From Lama glama (lineage: Eukaryota), in the NCBI GenBank assembly GCA_028534125.1, contig CM052817.1, positions 107,696,001 to 107,760,000 on the forward strand: a stretch of DNA of 64,000 bases, read 5' to 3'. A program made the translations under genes and the position numbers. A model generated the notes under the pieces. It worked only from the letters and a program-made list of their open reading frames with translations, was not told where the DNA came from and made no database searches. Below are positions 11,481-24,685 of this stretch, piece after piece. Position 1 is the stretch's first letter. Every line of letters starts with the position of its first letter.

Positions 11481-14400
11481 ATATGCTGAAACATGGTCTA
11501 AGATAATAAATTCATCTTGAAATTTATATTACCTGGAAAATCAAACTTTCTTGCATTATTTTTTATTTTTTTAATACTCCATGACTTTTCCCCTCTATTT
11601 CTCCTATCCGAGCCCTGGGGTAAGACCTACATGACAAGGAAGAGTAAGGAATACACTGAAGACTCGTTTGCATAGCACACGACCAAGCCAATAGGAAAGC
11701 CAAGACTGCCTTGACTTCTCCTCCTTTCACGTTTAAGGGGATGCCTCATTAGGTAAGTTAGACATTTTCAGCTATGATACCTGTCATCGTGGTACAGACT
11801 TTTAATGTTATGAAGTTCTATTTAACAACTCGCATGTAAACAGTACCGACGTGTGGTTTCCCTAATGACCCTTCCTGGCTGGCATCTGATTTCAAAGCTT
11901 TCCTGACTCTCGCGGAGCCTAAGATGCCCTTCTCCTCGTGCATCCCAGGAATGAACATCCTTAATCGGCAATGAGAGTCCAATCGGTGGGGCTGTTTTAG
12001 GGAAGATCCCTGCAGAAAGCCGCCAGCAGGGCTGTGCTCTGCTCGCAACCGTGCTCTCTGTAAACATCACACGTGAAGAGTAACACCAAACAGTGCCGCA
12101 AGCTTTAGATGACTGCGCTTCATATCAGGCGTTCTTGTTCTATGTTTAGTGATGATCAAACATCCCTGTGGCTCCATTTCAGTTTCCGTTCCACACGCCT
12201 TTCCTTCCTGCTGTACCTTCCTTGACTTTTCTTTCTCTGCCTCCTCTGAGGACTTTCAGTCAATCAAATGGCCTGTGTTAACTGCCGTCCTTCATGCCTG
12301 CCTCTTCTCTGCTACCTGCCTAATCACTAAACGGCAGTAGGATGGATTAAAAAACACACACACAAAAAACATAAGTGAAAAAGAATTGGGCTGGAGAATA
12401 TGGATGGAAGCGGGGGTTAAAAAAAGATAAGTCAATCCCAGACGTTGAAGCTTGGAAGAGACTACGTACAGTGGATGGATGCAGGAGCTGCTTTCAGATG
12501 ACAAGAGGCGAGGACAAGAGGAGACCAGAGGAGAGAGGCAGCGAGGTGCTGCCGAGAGCTGAGAACAGACATGAGCCTTGCTTGTGTCCCTGTGCTGGAC
12601 CAAGGATGCTGAGATGACAGCAACGGGGAAAGTTACAGCTAAGAAGTCCAGGCCCTGGGACTGGGTGGTATCTCTGAAAACTAGAAATGAACTACCAAGG
12701 ACCCTCTAATCAATAATTAGGGCCTAGATACTGCAGGAGCTAAATTATCCACACACGCCAAAATTAGTAATATGGGGGTCAAAATTTTACTTGTTAAAGA
12801 GTCAGTGTAATCCAGCAACAGAATCACTGCTTCCTGCATTCTTGGGCATCTCTCACCTTCTGTAATTTTCTTCGCCTATCATTTACTGGATTTTTTCAGA
12901 AAGCTCTGACCTTGGCGACTTTTTTTTTAATTTTTTTGGATAACAGTATGCATAAGCATCTGCTTCCTTGACTGCAAATGCCAAAGTTCCTGGCCAAGAA
13001 CCGAAGACAGGTTTCTCAACATTTTGCAAATAAATCCTTTGGAAAACAAGGGATATCATGGGAATGAGACTACTTTGCAGTTAAAAAAATAGTGGAAAAC
13101 TTGCTCGCTCTTTTTGGTGATGAAAAATACTCATAAATTATACATTTGCTTCTTGGCTGGGCATAAAATCTGTGATGGTCTCACCTTCCGTCCTCAGAGG
13201 TATCCGCATTTGATCTTGTCAAAATTTCAGAAGGCTGGCCAGAACAGTAATATTTCAAGAACACCTTGTCACTTAGTTTGGTATCACAAATTCTCTGCAG
13301 GAAGTGACCGACGCCTCGTACTTCAATTTAGTGCATCTCTGGAGTCCAGGTGCCTTCCCGGTTACTCACATTTTGTACTGATGTAGTTCTACTGGGAGTT
13401 TCAGGGAGATGGATGAGGAGGTGGCCCCTGTCTGTAGGAGGGGAAAAAAGACATCGTGTGCAGCCGATGCTTAAAACTCTGCCTGTCATTTTCAAGAAGT
13501 GTCCATGGCCACTCCTTTGCACAGATCGTGAAAGATTGAAGAGGCTTGGGGCAAAGTCCCCGCAGATTATTCCATTTCTTTATGACTTACTTGTCACTTC
13601 ATGACACCTTGGATGCTCATTTTTCCCTCGTTTCACCTCCAGAGAAGGTTGCCAGGGGACACACCGTGTGCTTGCCAGCATCTTTTCTGTTCACACATCT
13701 CTAGAGAAGTTTGTGCAAATAATATGCGATATTTTATGCTCTTAAATTCCAGGGGAGCAAATAAATGACTTTCTTAGCATGCTACCAAGCCAAAAAAAAG
13801 GGGAAATTACCAGGTTAAATTTCACTGGTCATGGCCAAAATCTCATCTTCTATAACTTTCTGAGGAAATTTCATGAACAGCCTCTTAGTTGTTTTTATGT
13901 ATAACTTTTTTCTCCTTTTTAACAAACTATTGTTTCAAAATTTATACAGGGTAAGAAATCAAATAGCCATCTCTGACATGATAATTACATATGGCTTTGA
14001 CATACTTTAAAAATGAGCTATTCATAAATCCACTGACGGTACATTATAAGTTGGCTGTCTAAATAAGTTTCTCTCATGTCGACATAGTTGTTGTACTAAA
14101 TGTGCTTCTGTAAGCAGCCATGAATTATTTCTGAATGGCTTATTGTCAAGAAATAAACAAGCAGATTTTTTCCCCTTTCTCTCCACCTAAAATCATGTAT
14201 TCTTTCAGTTAGAGTTCAAAATACTGCATTTGAAATGAATAATCTTGAGGTTGAAAAGGCAGCCCCAAATTAAATGTGTTTATTTTTCCCAATTCGTTAA
14301 TGCCATATTCAATCAATAGCAGTTACTTTTAGTAAAATCACATTTGGACAGATAACGGCAAGGAAATGTTTAATGTGAGTCCTGAATTTTGATATGATAA

Positions 14401-14491
14401 CATTGATGCATATCTTATACAAAAGAATCACTTTTTCTTGAGTTCTGCAGAATATGAGTTTTTTTTTACAGTGACATCTTTTACTTTTATA

Positions 14492-14576
14492 ATTTTTTTT
14501 ATTGAAGTATAGGCAGTTTACAATGTTGTGTCAATTTCTGGTGTCCAGCATCATGTTTCAGTCAGACATGTACATG
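14492..14576 (-). mobile_element. Young L1 3' tail, very short
   Basis: Poly(T) then attgaagtataggcagtttacaatgttgtgtcaatttctggtgtccagc. Confidence 0.85.
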
Positions 14577-14895
14577 AGTTTCTAAGTCTAGAGGTGTTTT
14601 AAAACAGAACTCTGAATGATGAAGGGCTGGTTGAATCAGTGCCATGCTATGAGTTCTCTGCACGTGCCTTGTGGGGTGTAGACTCCTGTAAAGTCTCATC
14701 TTGGCATAAGAAGTGTGTGTGTTGAGTGGAGAGGGTGAGGAGGTTCTGAGTGGGGGTGGGGGAACGGGAATGGTAAGGAGGATTCTGGTTTTCCTAGAAA
14801 CTTGAAGTTTCCATAGAAAAAATATTGAGACTAATTTAAAGTTTTCCATTATAACATGTTTGCCCTAATGAATTTTGTAAAATCATGCTGTTTTA

Positions 14896-15060
14896 TTTTT
14901 TTTTAATTACAAAAATTTTTGCTCAAATTTTTTTGAGGAGGAAGTAATTAGATTTATCTATTTATTTATTTAATACTTTTGGTGGAGGTACTGGGGATTG
15001 GACCTGGGACCTCGTGCATGCTAGGCATGCACTCTGCCACTGAGCTGTATCCTCCCCCAC
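14896..15060 (-). mobile_element. Vic-1-type tRNA-Ala-derived SINE with 16-bp TSD
   Basis: Reverse head ggaggtactggggatt...tgcatgctaggcatgcactctgccactgagctgtatcctcccc; TSD aaatcatgctgtttta (14880-14895) / aaatcatgttgtttta (15061-15076). Confidence 0.93.
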
Positions 15061-15244
15061 AAATCATGTTGTTTTAAATATCCTAGAATTGCATTTAATT
15101 TTTTTGGAAATGGAAAAAGAAAACTAATCAGTCGTGGCTGCATAAGCTACTGTTCACATTTTGTCGCATTTTCTCCCATTATTTTTGATTTTCTATATTT
15201 TATGCTCCACCCAGTGCCTTATTTGATGTAGATTTTTCAAGCAA

Positions 15245-15495
15245 ATAGTGGTGGATTACCTACGAAGCACCTACTCGAGCAGGTACTTGGCGTGGTTTAT
15301 CCTGTTACATCTATATAGCATTCCTGGGAAGCAGGTAATATTGATTACTTCTGCTTTACAGATTTAAAAATTGAGGAAGACTTGTAAAGGTTCATTAATT
15401 TGCCCAAGGCCATGTGGCTAGTAAACTGCAATGTCTGGCCTTAAATCTGGGAAGCCTAACTTCAGAATTCTTGATTTGAATGCTGTGCTGCACTG
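15245..15495 (-). mobile_element. MIR SINE, near full length
   Basis: tttacagatttaaaaattgagg...taatttgcccaaggccatgtggctagtaa...ctaacttcagaa. Confidence 0.8.
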
Positions 15496-16544
15496 TGTCT
15501 CTGCAAAGTTACTTCCAGTGGAATTTATGGAGATTGAAGATAAAGTTATCTGGTTAGTGCCAGAAAAAAACTTTACTATATTTCTCTGTTAAAGATACCA
15601 CTTATGGGCTCCAAGCTAATTTTGTGGATTCATTACATTGTTCAGATTTATCAATCTAATTCTTCTTATCAAAATCATGGTTAACAATTTTTTAAGGAAT
15701 ATTCGGCTTAGTAACTAAGTAGCTAAATGAATGGCTTTATCTTTAGACTGAATTTTCCTTCTTTTGTATAAGTTCTTAATCTTTCCCTCTTCCTTGACTG
15801 TGGTTACCTAACTTAATCAGAGAATAGATTTTCTCGCTGCAAAGATTCCTGCTCATTTTGAAATACGTATTTCCTCTTTGGTTTTAAACAAGGGATTGAG
15901 GCAAAATTAATTGGGCCGCCCTTTAAAATTTATTTCTGCAGGTATAAAGCCACCATAGTGCTTAATATTTCTGACTGTACAGAAAATGAAAATTGCAGAA
16001 AGGATGCGTGACTCGCAGGGTTGAAGGCATAACTTACAAAAAATCAGCCTGAGTTTTTATTGCCCAGTTTCAAGGGCATAAATCCTTATTTGACTAAGAA
16101 TGTGACTGTTCTTTGTGTAACTGTCTCCGTTATATTCAGAACTAGACATTAGCAGCTGCCCGAGCAAGCCTTTGGTGCCCTTTTGAGCAAATTGAAATGC
16201 GCAGAACTCGGAGAGTTGGGTGAAGAAGGCTGACCTTGAGACGGTGTGAGCAGTTACAGAGAACCTGAAACTCTGGCTTTTCCTACCAGCTTGTCTACTA
16301 GATTAAGAGTGATAGTAGCAAACATTTGTCATATTGGCATATTATAATGTACGTCTAGGTCCTCGAGTGAACTGCCGGGGGGAGAATTTTTCTGGAGACA
16401 ACTGGGAGCTCTCTCTTCCACGATCAGGGGTAGAGAGCGAAGGAGAATGAAAATCGGAGCAACCCTGCTGCATATGTATTCTCGTGAGCTGCCTAGACAT
16501 CATGCTGTCATAGGGAACTGAAAATGAGAATAGATTAAGTACAA

Positions 16545-16760
16545 TTGGTACCTGGGGATATCTGGTTCTGTCACTCACTAGAGGATTAGCTTAAGAAACA
16601 ACTAACCTCCCTGGGTCTTAGTTTCCTCCTCTGAGCACAATGAAAAGATTGGATGGGTTGATCTCTTCTAATATCACATTTATTGACGTTTCAGTAGCTT
16701 CCTAGTTCTTAGCTGGTGCCCAGCACATAGGAAGCCATTACAGAGCTTCTGAATAAGGGA
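16545..16760 (+). mobile_element. MIR fragment followed by L2 3' tail
   Basis: taacctccctgggtcttagtttcctcctctg...aatga (MIR core); cctagttcttagctggtgcccagcacataggaag (L2 end). Confidence 0.6.
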
Positions 16761-17056
16761 CTGTTGAGTTAGATGTAGGGAAACCTGGGGGTGATCATGT
16801 AATGCAAGAAAAAACACAAGAAGCTTTATGTGATTGATGAATAATACATACACGGCATCAAGAAAGAAAGGGTTATACATTTCATATTTTAGACTGAATA
16901 TTTTCCTTGATTTCTGTGAGGACTCTGATGACTGAGATGATGGTCTTTAGAGTGAAACCAAATCACTGAATTCTGTAAAGTAGCCAAATAATCAGTCCTA
17001 AATGGACAGCCTTGGCGTAGGTGATTCTTGGCATCTAAATTCTACAGGGAGGGTAG

Positions 17057-17525
17057 TGTTGTGGGTTGAATTGTGTCTTCTTTGAAAAAGTATGTTGAAA
17101 TCCTAATCCCCAGTACCTGTGAATTGGATTCTACTTGGGAATAGAATCTTCGTAGATTTAATCAAGTTAAAATCAGGCCATTATGATGGACATTAACCCA
17201 ACGTGACTGGTGTCCTTACACGAAGAGGGACAACTGGGCACAGATGCCCACAGATAGTGCAGATGGGCACAGGCAAGTGCTATGAGAGGGTGGAAGCAGA
17301 GACTGGAATGAAACCTCTACAAGCCAGGGAACACCGAGGATTGATGTTAATCACCAGAAGCTGGGAGAGAGGCAAGAAACAGACTCCCCCCACCAGAGCC
17401 TTCAGAAGGAGCCAACCCTGCTGACACCTTGATTTCAGACTTAAAGCTTCTGGAACTGGAGAGAACACATTTCTGTTGTACTTTTAATCTACTCAGTCTT
17501 TGTGATGCCCTAGGAAATGAACACA
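17057..17525 (+). mobile_element. MLT1C-type MaLR solo LTR with perfect 5-bp TSD
   Basis: tgttgtgggttgaattgtgtc...ccctaggaaatgaacaca; TG...CA termini; ggtag at 17052-17056 and 17526-17530. Confidence 0.93.
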
Positions 17526-18149
17526 GGTAGGAAACATCTCCCAAGCTATTCTGTCTTGGATGATGAGTTTAAAATAAGTCCAAGTAATAGAAGAGAGCTC
17601 GAGTGGCCACCTAACTATTTCTTTCCTAATCAAGGAAATCCAAGTTCTGAGAAACCCAAGGATTGTGGCCTTGAGCTAAATATTCTCACTAATCACCAGA
17701 AAAGGAGTCTTTTTTTTCCCTCCTGTGTTTAGAAACTGTCCACAATCACCCACAGTGTCAACGATGTGTGAAATTTGCAACCCTCTGCTTTCTACTATTC
17801 TAGTGAAAATAATTTTAAAGTGTAACTATTTTAAGATTAAAAGATAAGCATCATGCCTTGTGTCCCAGATTCAGGGTCTATGTGTGTATCTATGAAGGCA
17901 AACAAGAGCAGATCTCAGTGAGCTCTAGCGAGGATGCTCAGTGCGGCTGACTCGGTTTCCTAGCAACTACATGACACTATTTGTCTCTTGCATCAAATGA
18001 AATGGCAGTTGTACCCTGTGCTCCCTGCCCCCTCTTCCACATTCACCTCCTCCCAATGAAATCGGGGGAGCACCTTTGGGATATCGAATCTATCTAGATT
18101 GCTTGATAGTTAAAGACATGAAAGGAAGAAGTATTAATTTATCAGGCAA

Positions 18150-18450
18150 GTGTTATACGCTTCAGCACTAGCTAATATTGTGCAGATGCTTCAAAGAAGT
18201 AAACAAAATATTAAGGTATGATCCCTGTCTCCCAGGAGCTTAAAATGTGGTGAAAATTGGGATCGAGAGTGTAGTAGACGCAGGAGTCAGATCGCCTTGG
18301 CCTTGATCTGACCTTCATGCAAACTGTATCTGAAACATTGGGCAAATCACACACTCTCTGCTTCATTTCTTCATGCATCAAATTATAGTAGCTCCTGCAT
18401 ATGCCAGAGGAGTTATTCGTGTGAAGTCATGTGCTTAATCAATATCGTCT
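18150..18450. mobile_element. L2 tail fragment and adjacent MIR
   Basis: atccctgtctcccaggagctt (L2); ggagtcagatcgccttgg...ttgggcaaatcacac...ttcatttcttcat (MIR). Confidence 0.55.
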
Positions 18451-18829
18451 GTTGTTATATTACTGATATTACTTGTGAAATTCCTTTGAGAAGCAATATT
18501 AACCAACATAAAAATAATTCTAGAGAAGACTTGAGAATAAACACTATGAAGCATGATTGAACCTTGACATATGTAGAACTCATTGCATGTCTGATGTCAC
18601 CATTTTCATCTTGAAAGGTTAAGCAAGAACCAGTGTTATGGGCCAATAAGGAAGGGCTTACCAATAGGCTGTGTAGAGAAAGCAGTCTGTCCAGTTAATT
18701 TTTTTCATCAACTGGGTGGGAAAGGAAAAACGGGCAAATTTCTTTTCTTAAAATTTTGTGTTCGACTGAATGTTTTTAAAAGGGTTGCTGGGAATGTCCT
18801 TCTCATTGGTTAAAAGTGAATAGAATAGT

Positions 18830-18969
18830 TTTCTATGTCTATGAGTTTGTTTCTGTTTTGTAAAGAAGTTCATTTGTGTCATTTTTTAAGATTCCAGATA
18901 TAAGTGATATCATATGGTATTTTTCTTTCTCTTTCTGGCTTACTGTAAACTGACTATGCTTCAATTAAA
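18830..18969 (+). mobile_element. Short 5'-inverted L1 insertion with 18-bp TSD
   Basis: Antisense L1 piece 18830-18943, then sense terminal ~25 nt plus poly(A); TSD aaaagtgaatagaatagt (18812-18829) / aaaaatgaatagagtagt (18970-18987). Confidence 0.88.
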
Positions 18970-19012
18970 AAAAATGAATAGAGTAGTAAAACTCAGGTCA
19001 CCAGATCTTAGT

Positions 19013-19490
19013 TGTTAGAGGCAGAATAGTGACCCCTCCTAAAGATATCTGTATCCTAATCCTTCAATCCTGTGACTGCTTCACCTGACATGGTGAAAGG
19101 GACTTTGCCGATGTGATTAAGCTAAGGATCTTGAGGTTGCTGAGAGCAGACTGGATTATCCGGGTGGACACAGTCTAACCACGTGTGTCCTTAATGGCAG
19201 AGAACCTTGCCTGGCAGTGGTTGGAGGGAGACGCCAGGAGAACGGTCTGCTGGGGCAACGAGCACGGAATCCGTGAGCTGAGGGATGTGGGTGGTCTTCA
19301 AAGGCTAGAAAAGCAAGAAAATGGACTTCCTGAGGCATCCAGAACGAGATGCAGCCCTGCTCACGTCTTAACCTCAGCTCCCTGAGACCTGGGTCAGACT
19401 TTTGACCTACAGAACATAAGTAATAAAGTGACATTGTTGTTAAGCCACAAAAGTTATTGTTTGTAACAGCAGCAACAGGAATCGAACCTA
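19013..19490 (+). mobile_element. MLT1D-type MaLR LTR
   Basis: ggcagaatagtgacccc...catggtgaaagggactttgccgatgtgattaag...ggattatccgggtgg...aataaa...ttgtaacagcagcaacagga. Confidence 0.9.
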
Positions 19491-19624
19491 TGAGCTCTTG
19501 CACCTTAATCCAAACAAGCTCAAGAGGATATTTTCAGGCTTTCCCTGCTCTCTCTTCCACTGTCTTTTGCTTTTTCCTTTCTTCCTTTAGTTGTTTTTTA
19601 AAGGCTGAAGGAGAACTTCCTTTC

Positions 19625-22600
19625 CTGCACAAGCTATAGTATCAGAGACTGAAAATACCCTCTGTGCTCAAGAAAATAAAAAAACCGAAACTAAAAACCA
19701 AACAATATATAAAATTTTGTTTTCAAGACACTAGGTATCAGGCTCAAAGCATAATGATCTCCAAAGAGAAGCAGAGAAAGTGAGTCTTGTCATTTCCCCC
19801 AGTTACTGCCACAGGCTACTGCACAGGGTAGGGGACCCAGCAGGCCTGTGGAGCCCTGAGCTGAAGAGTTGGGTTTGAGGGTTGATCTGGGGAGACCAGG
19901 AGGCTAGCGTTCTCTGGACAGGGCCCTGGAGAAAGGAGAGTTGCACAGAGTTAGCTCCCTGGAGATCCAAAGAGTAGATTTACCCTGAGGTATTCATCAG
20001 AGCACTGATCAGTGCAGGGGAAGAAAGAACTCCCCAAGGCCGAGGAAGCAGCCAACCAAGAGGATTAGAGGGAACAGTTGTTGGCACTCACGCAGAGCTG
20101 GGACTAGTTCCCATTTCCAGTAGCAGACTGGAAAACTCGTAGCTCAAGATAGATCCTGCCCCAGTACTAGGAAATTATTAGTCCGAGACTGAGCACCTCT
20201 CCAGATTTGCGTAAAAATGAGACAGTCAAGATCAAAAAGCTGAAGTCATTTCCAAGTACTTGACTGAATCCTAGAATAAAGCGCCAACAAGGCAGAATTC
20301 ACCCTGTTTGCTATTAAAGTGACGCTTACGAAGCCCACAGAGAAGTAGGAAAACATAACGCATATGAAGAGGACGATCAGAAAATCAAAACTGACTTAGA
20401 ACCGCCATAGATGTTAGAATTAGCTAAAAAAGAATGTTAAAATAGTTAGAACTATTTTTTATATATACAATGTGTTCAGTAGGAACAGAGAAAAAGGACC
20501 TACTTCAAAATTTTAGAGGCGAAAGTTACAATGTATGACAGAAAAATATATTGGCTGGAATTAACAATGGATTAGACATCACAGAAGAAAAAAAATAGTG
20601 AACTTAAAGCCATAGGAACAGAAACTGTGCAAAATGAGAAGTAGAAAAAAATGTAAAAGAACAACCTCAGTGAGTTGTAGGAAAATTTCAGAAGTTTCAC
20701 GTCCTTGTAATTCAAGTTCCCATGGAGAGAAATGTAGGGGCAGAAGAAACATGTGAAAAAAGAATGGTCAAAATGTTTCCAAACTTGATGAAAACTTTAA
20801 TCCCATAGATTGGGATCAGTACCTCGAAAGCATATAAGAATTTTAAATGTTTATGCCCCTAGTGACAGAGCTTCAAAATACATGACACTAAACAGCTACA
20901 ACTCCAAGGAGAAATAGAAATATCCTCAATGATAGTCAGAGATGTAATACTCCCTTCTCGGTGAATAACAGAACAAGCAGAGAGAGAATTAACAAGAACG
21001 CAGTAGACTTAACCACACTGTTAACCAACGTGGTCTGTTTGACATTTATAGAATACTATACCCAGCAACAGAGTAATATTTTTCAATTTCAATTTCAATT
21101 TCAATTTCAATACAATTTCAGTTTTAATACAATTTCAATTGAATTCAATTTCAATACTTTTTTTCAACTGCACGTGGAATACTTACCAAGATAAATAATA
21201 TTCTCAGTCATAAAATAAGTCCCAAGGAAAATCTCAGTGAGTGATTTGTAAAAGTTAGCAAGCTGATTGCAAAATTCATGTAGAAGTACAAAGGATTTAG
21301 AATGGCCAAAATTACTTTAGAAAAGAACAAATTTAAAGGACTGGTCCTAACTGGTTTCAGCCTTAATAAAGCTACAGCAGTCAAGTAGTGTGGTATTGCC
21401 ATTCAGACAGACAAACAGATCAATTAAGAGTAGAGGGTCCAGACGTAGACCCACATGTTTGAGGATAATGGATTTTTGACAAAGGTGGAAGAGTAATTCC
21501 ATGGGAAAAAGATAGTCTTTTCAACAATTGATGCTAGAACAATTGAATGTCTATAAACAAAAACAAAAACAAAAAATAAAATTCTTTGATCCATAGTATA
21601 TTTCACCATATACAAAATTAACTTCAAATGGACTATAGACCTAAATGTCAAATCTAAGATGATAATAATCCTGAATGTAAACATAAGGGGAAATCTTTGT
21701 GACTTGATATAGGCAAAACTATCTTAGATATATTACCAAAAGCATAATCCACAAAGGAGTAAATTAACAAATGGGATTCATCAACATTTTAAAAAAATCT
21801 GCTCTTTTGGAGAGACTCTTAAGAGAATGAAAAAAACAAGCCATATAGTGGGAGAAAATTCAAGGACTCGTATCTAGAATAGATAAAGAGTTCTCAAAAC
21901 TCAAAAAGTAAAAAACAAAAAACAAAAAACACAAATAAAACCAACCCACAAAAAATAGGCAAAAGATCTGAAGAATCACTTCACAAAAGGAGATTTACGA
22001 ATGGCAAATAAACACAGACAAAAAATGCCCACTCATTAATTAGCAGGCAAATGAAAATTCAAATCACAGTGGATCTCATTACAGACTGTGCAAAAATGAT
22101 AAAAATTTAAAAGACAGACCATACCATATGTGGTCAAGGATGTGGAGGAACCAGAAATGCAAAATGATGCAAGCACTTTAGAAAACAATTTGGTACTATC
22201 TTTAATAGTTACATGTATAAATGTCACATGATCTATCCATTCTGTTCCTAGTTACTCAGAGAATTACCCAGAGACTTGTACACAAACGTTCATGCAGCCT
22301 GATTTGTAAAACCTGGGAACTGGAAACATTCCAAATGTGTACCACATGTGAATGTATACGCAAATGGTGGTATATCTATACAATAGAACACACGCACAAA
22401 AAAAGCGATGACCTATTCATACACGCATCCAAATGGATGATTTCAAAATAACTATGCTGAGGGAAAGAAGCCAGACAGAAAAGGAACACAAAATTGGTGA
22501 TTTCATTATATATCATTCTAGATCTGTTTCTAGGACCATACTAATTTATAGTAATCTAATCTATGCTAATCTATAATAACATGATGCAAATCAGTGTTTA

Positions 22601-22690
22601 CCTGAGCAGGGGAAGGGAGAAAGGCGGTGAGTTTGGGGTGGTGGATATCAATGTTATTTTGACTCTGGTGATGGCGTCACGTGTGTACAC
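19625..22690 (+). mobile_element. Old L1M element: 5' region, ORF1, endonuclease part, ORF2 C-terminal part and 3' UTR, with internal deletions
   Basis: ORF1-like aatggtcaaaatgtttccaaacttgatgaaaac; EN-like acagagcttcaaaatacatga...gacatttatagaatacta; jump at ~21235 to aagctgattgcaaaattcatgtagaa; 3' UTR ggaaagaagccagaca. Confidence 0.85.
21081..21157. repeat. (TTTCAA)n hexanucleotide repeat, degenerate tail
   Basis: Five perfect tttcaa units followed by decayed units. Confidence 0.9.
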
Positions 22691-24685
22691 ATGTTACTCA
22701 GTCTGGGTTATGAAGATTAAATGCATTTGTACCTGGAAAGTCCTAAAAAGTGTGTTAAAAAGTAAATGTTTGCAATTATTAAATATTAACATAGTATCTA
22801 CATTAAACTATTTCCTGTATTGGGACTTTTGTCATTTTCAACTCAGTTTCTCACAATTACAACCTTTCTTCTCATCTTCTATGGTTTTGTTTTTCTTCTT
22901 CCTTTCATGGTTTTGTTTTTGTTTTTGTTTTTTGGTTGTTGTTTTTAATTTCTCTTTTCACTTTTATTCTAAAAATGCAACCTTACTGCTTCTTTCGCTA
23001 CCACTGGATTTCTTTGTCAGTGGAAACAATGAATAGTGTAACAGTCACTAATTAAAAAATCAATCCAATAAATATGTTTTGGAGGAAGAAGTTTGTGACA
23101 AAGCATGAAAAGAATGTGCCTGCTTTCAACAACCTCTGTAAAAACTATTTTGTATGGTGGATCAGCTTTTATATTAAGAGATCCAACATTTCGTATGCAC
23201 AAAGCAATAGGATTGAAATTATTGTTCTTTTATTTAATAAAATAATCAGGGAAAGAGAAAATCCTGATTCTATTTAGCACTATAGAATAACAGAGAGGAA
23301 AAGGTAAGCTTTTTCATCGTTCTAGTCCCTGGGTTTTATTCACTCTGGAGTTAATGCAGGAAGCAGTGAAATAAACCGCCGGAACTACCTGCTCATAGAC
23401 AATATTACTGTGGCCCCTATAAGGAAATATAACAAGCATCTCTGTCCTCAGTTTATTCAGAGCTATTAGAGGTGGGATGGGAGTAAAGAGAATTGTGGTA
23501 TGTCAGCGCGAATATTCCATTCTTAAGTGTGTCTTTTCTTTCCAATACAGAAAGGGGATAGAGGTTAGAGAAATCCGAAGACGAAGCAAAATAATTGTTA
23601 GAATTCTCTCATACAGGAAGGGCTATGTGGTGGCGCAAAATACCCCTGTGATTTTCTTCCCACTAAATGAAAGAGGAGGGAACTGTAGAGAGCAGCAGTG
23701 ATTATTCAGTACAGGTTAAGAGACCTAGAATCAAAGAGCATCTCACCAGTGCCCTGTAAGAAGACCCTTATTCCTTGTGTGCATCGCCAAACGTGGAGAT
23801 AAAAATGTCTTCCTGTAAGTTTAGTTCCATCAACTATTTTGTACAAAATGTATCCTGAATACATAAGCACCATAGCAACAGCTTCTGTTGGTTTTTGTCA
23901 ACCACAGTGAATCATACAAAATAGATGATTGATAGGAAAGAATCAACAATTTTATCAATACAGTCTACACCTTGAGAAAGATGGCAGTGTCATTTTGTAT
24001 AGCAGCTCATGAATGTTTCAGGATTGGTGGTCTACTCTTTAGAGTATTGTGGTTTCTTATTTCTTCATTGTTAATAAAATGATTTTTCTATAGAATTGCT
24101 CGTGGGTAATATATCTTGAGCTACAACCATTATTCTGTGGGTTAAGAACCTATTGTTTTCATTTGGGGCTTTCTATGTCTCCATGGAAACTGTCCATGAG
24201 TTAGGTGTTTATGATTGATTTGTGGTCCTTGATGAAGCAAACTTTTGATGAAATAAATCCCTTCATGAGCCATTTATTTTTTGTCTGAAAATTTCAGAAT
24301 TTTTTCCCCTAAGATTCAGTGCCCCATTTAGTTTCTTGGTTTTAGTTTTTGCAGTGTACTTATCAGGGTGTTTCTAATTTTATCTGTTGTACTTGCTTTT
24401 TATAAATTCCTCCACTTCCTCTTTCAAATGGTTCTGTGGTGGTGGTGAGAACTGTCCTGGCCTGTCTCAGAAGTGACTGTTCTCCTTCCGATATTTTATT
24501 CAGTGCAGAGTTGCAAACAGAAAAACCTGCTTTCAGCATCACACCTGTCTGAGATGCTCCCCTATTTCTTGAATAATTTGGGGGATGGAATTAATTTTCC
24601 TTCCACTTTTTTTTTCCTTTAGCAAACTTGTAATGAAGCTAAGCAGACAAACATTCTTATTTATGAGGCAAAGTCAAAGTATTTT

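Noticed and set aside
22563..23036. 157-aa hydrophobic ORF resembling a membrane protein
   Set aside because: Made of L1 3' UTR, a MIR fragment and T-rich simple repeats, which explain the Phe/Leu bias
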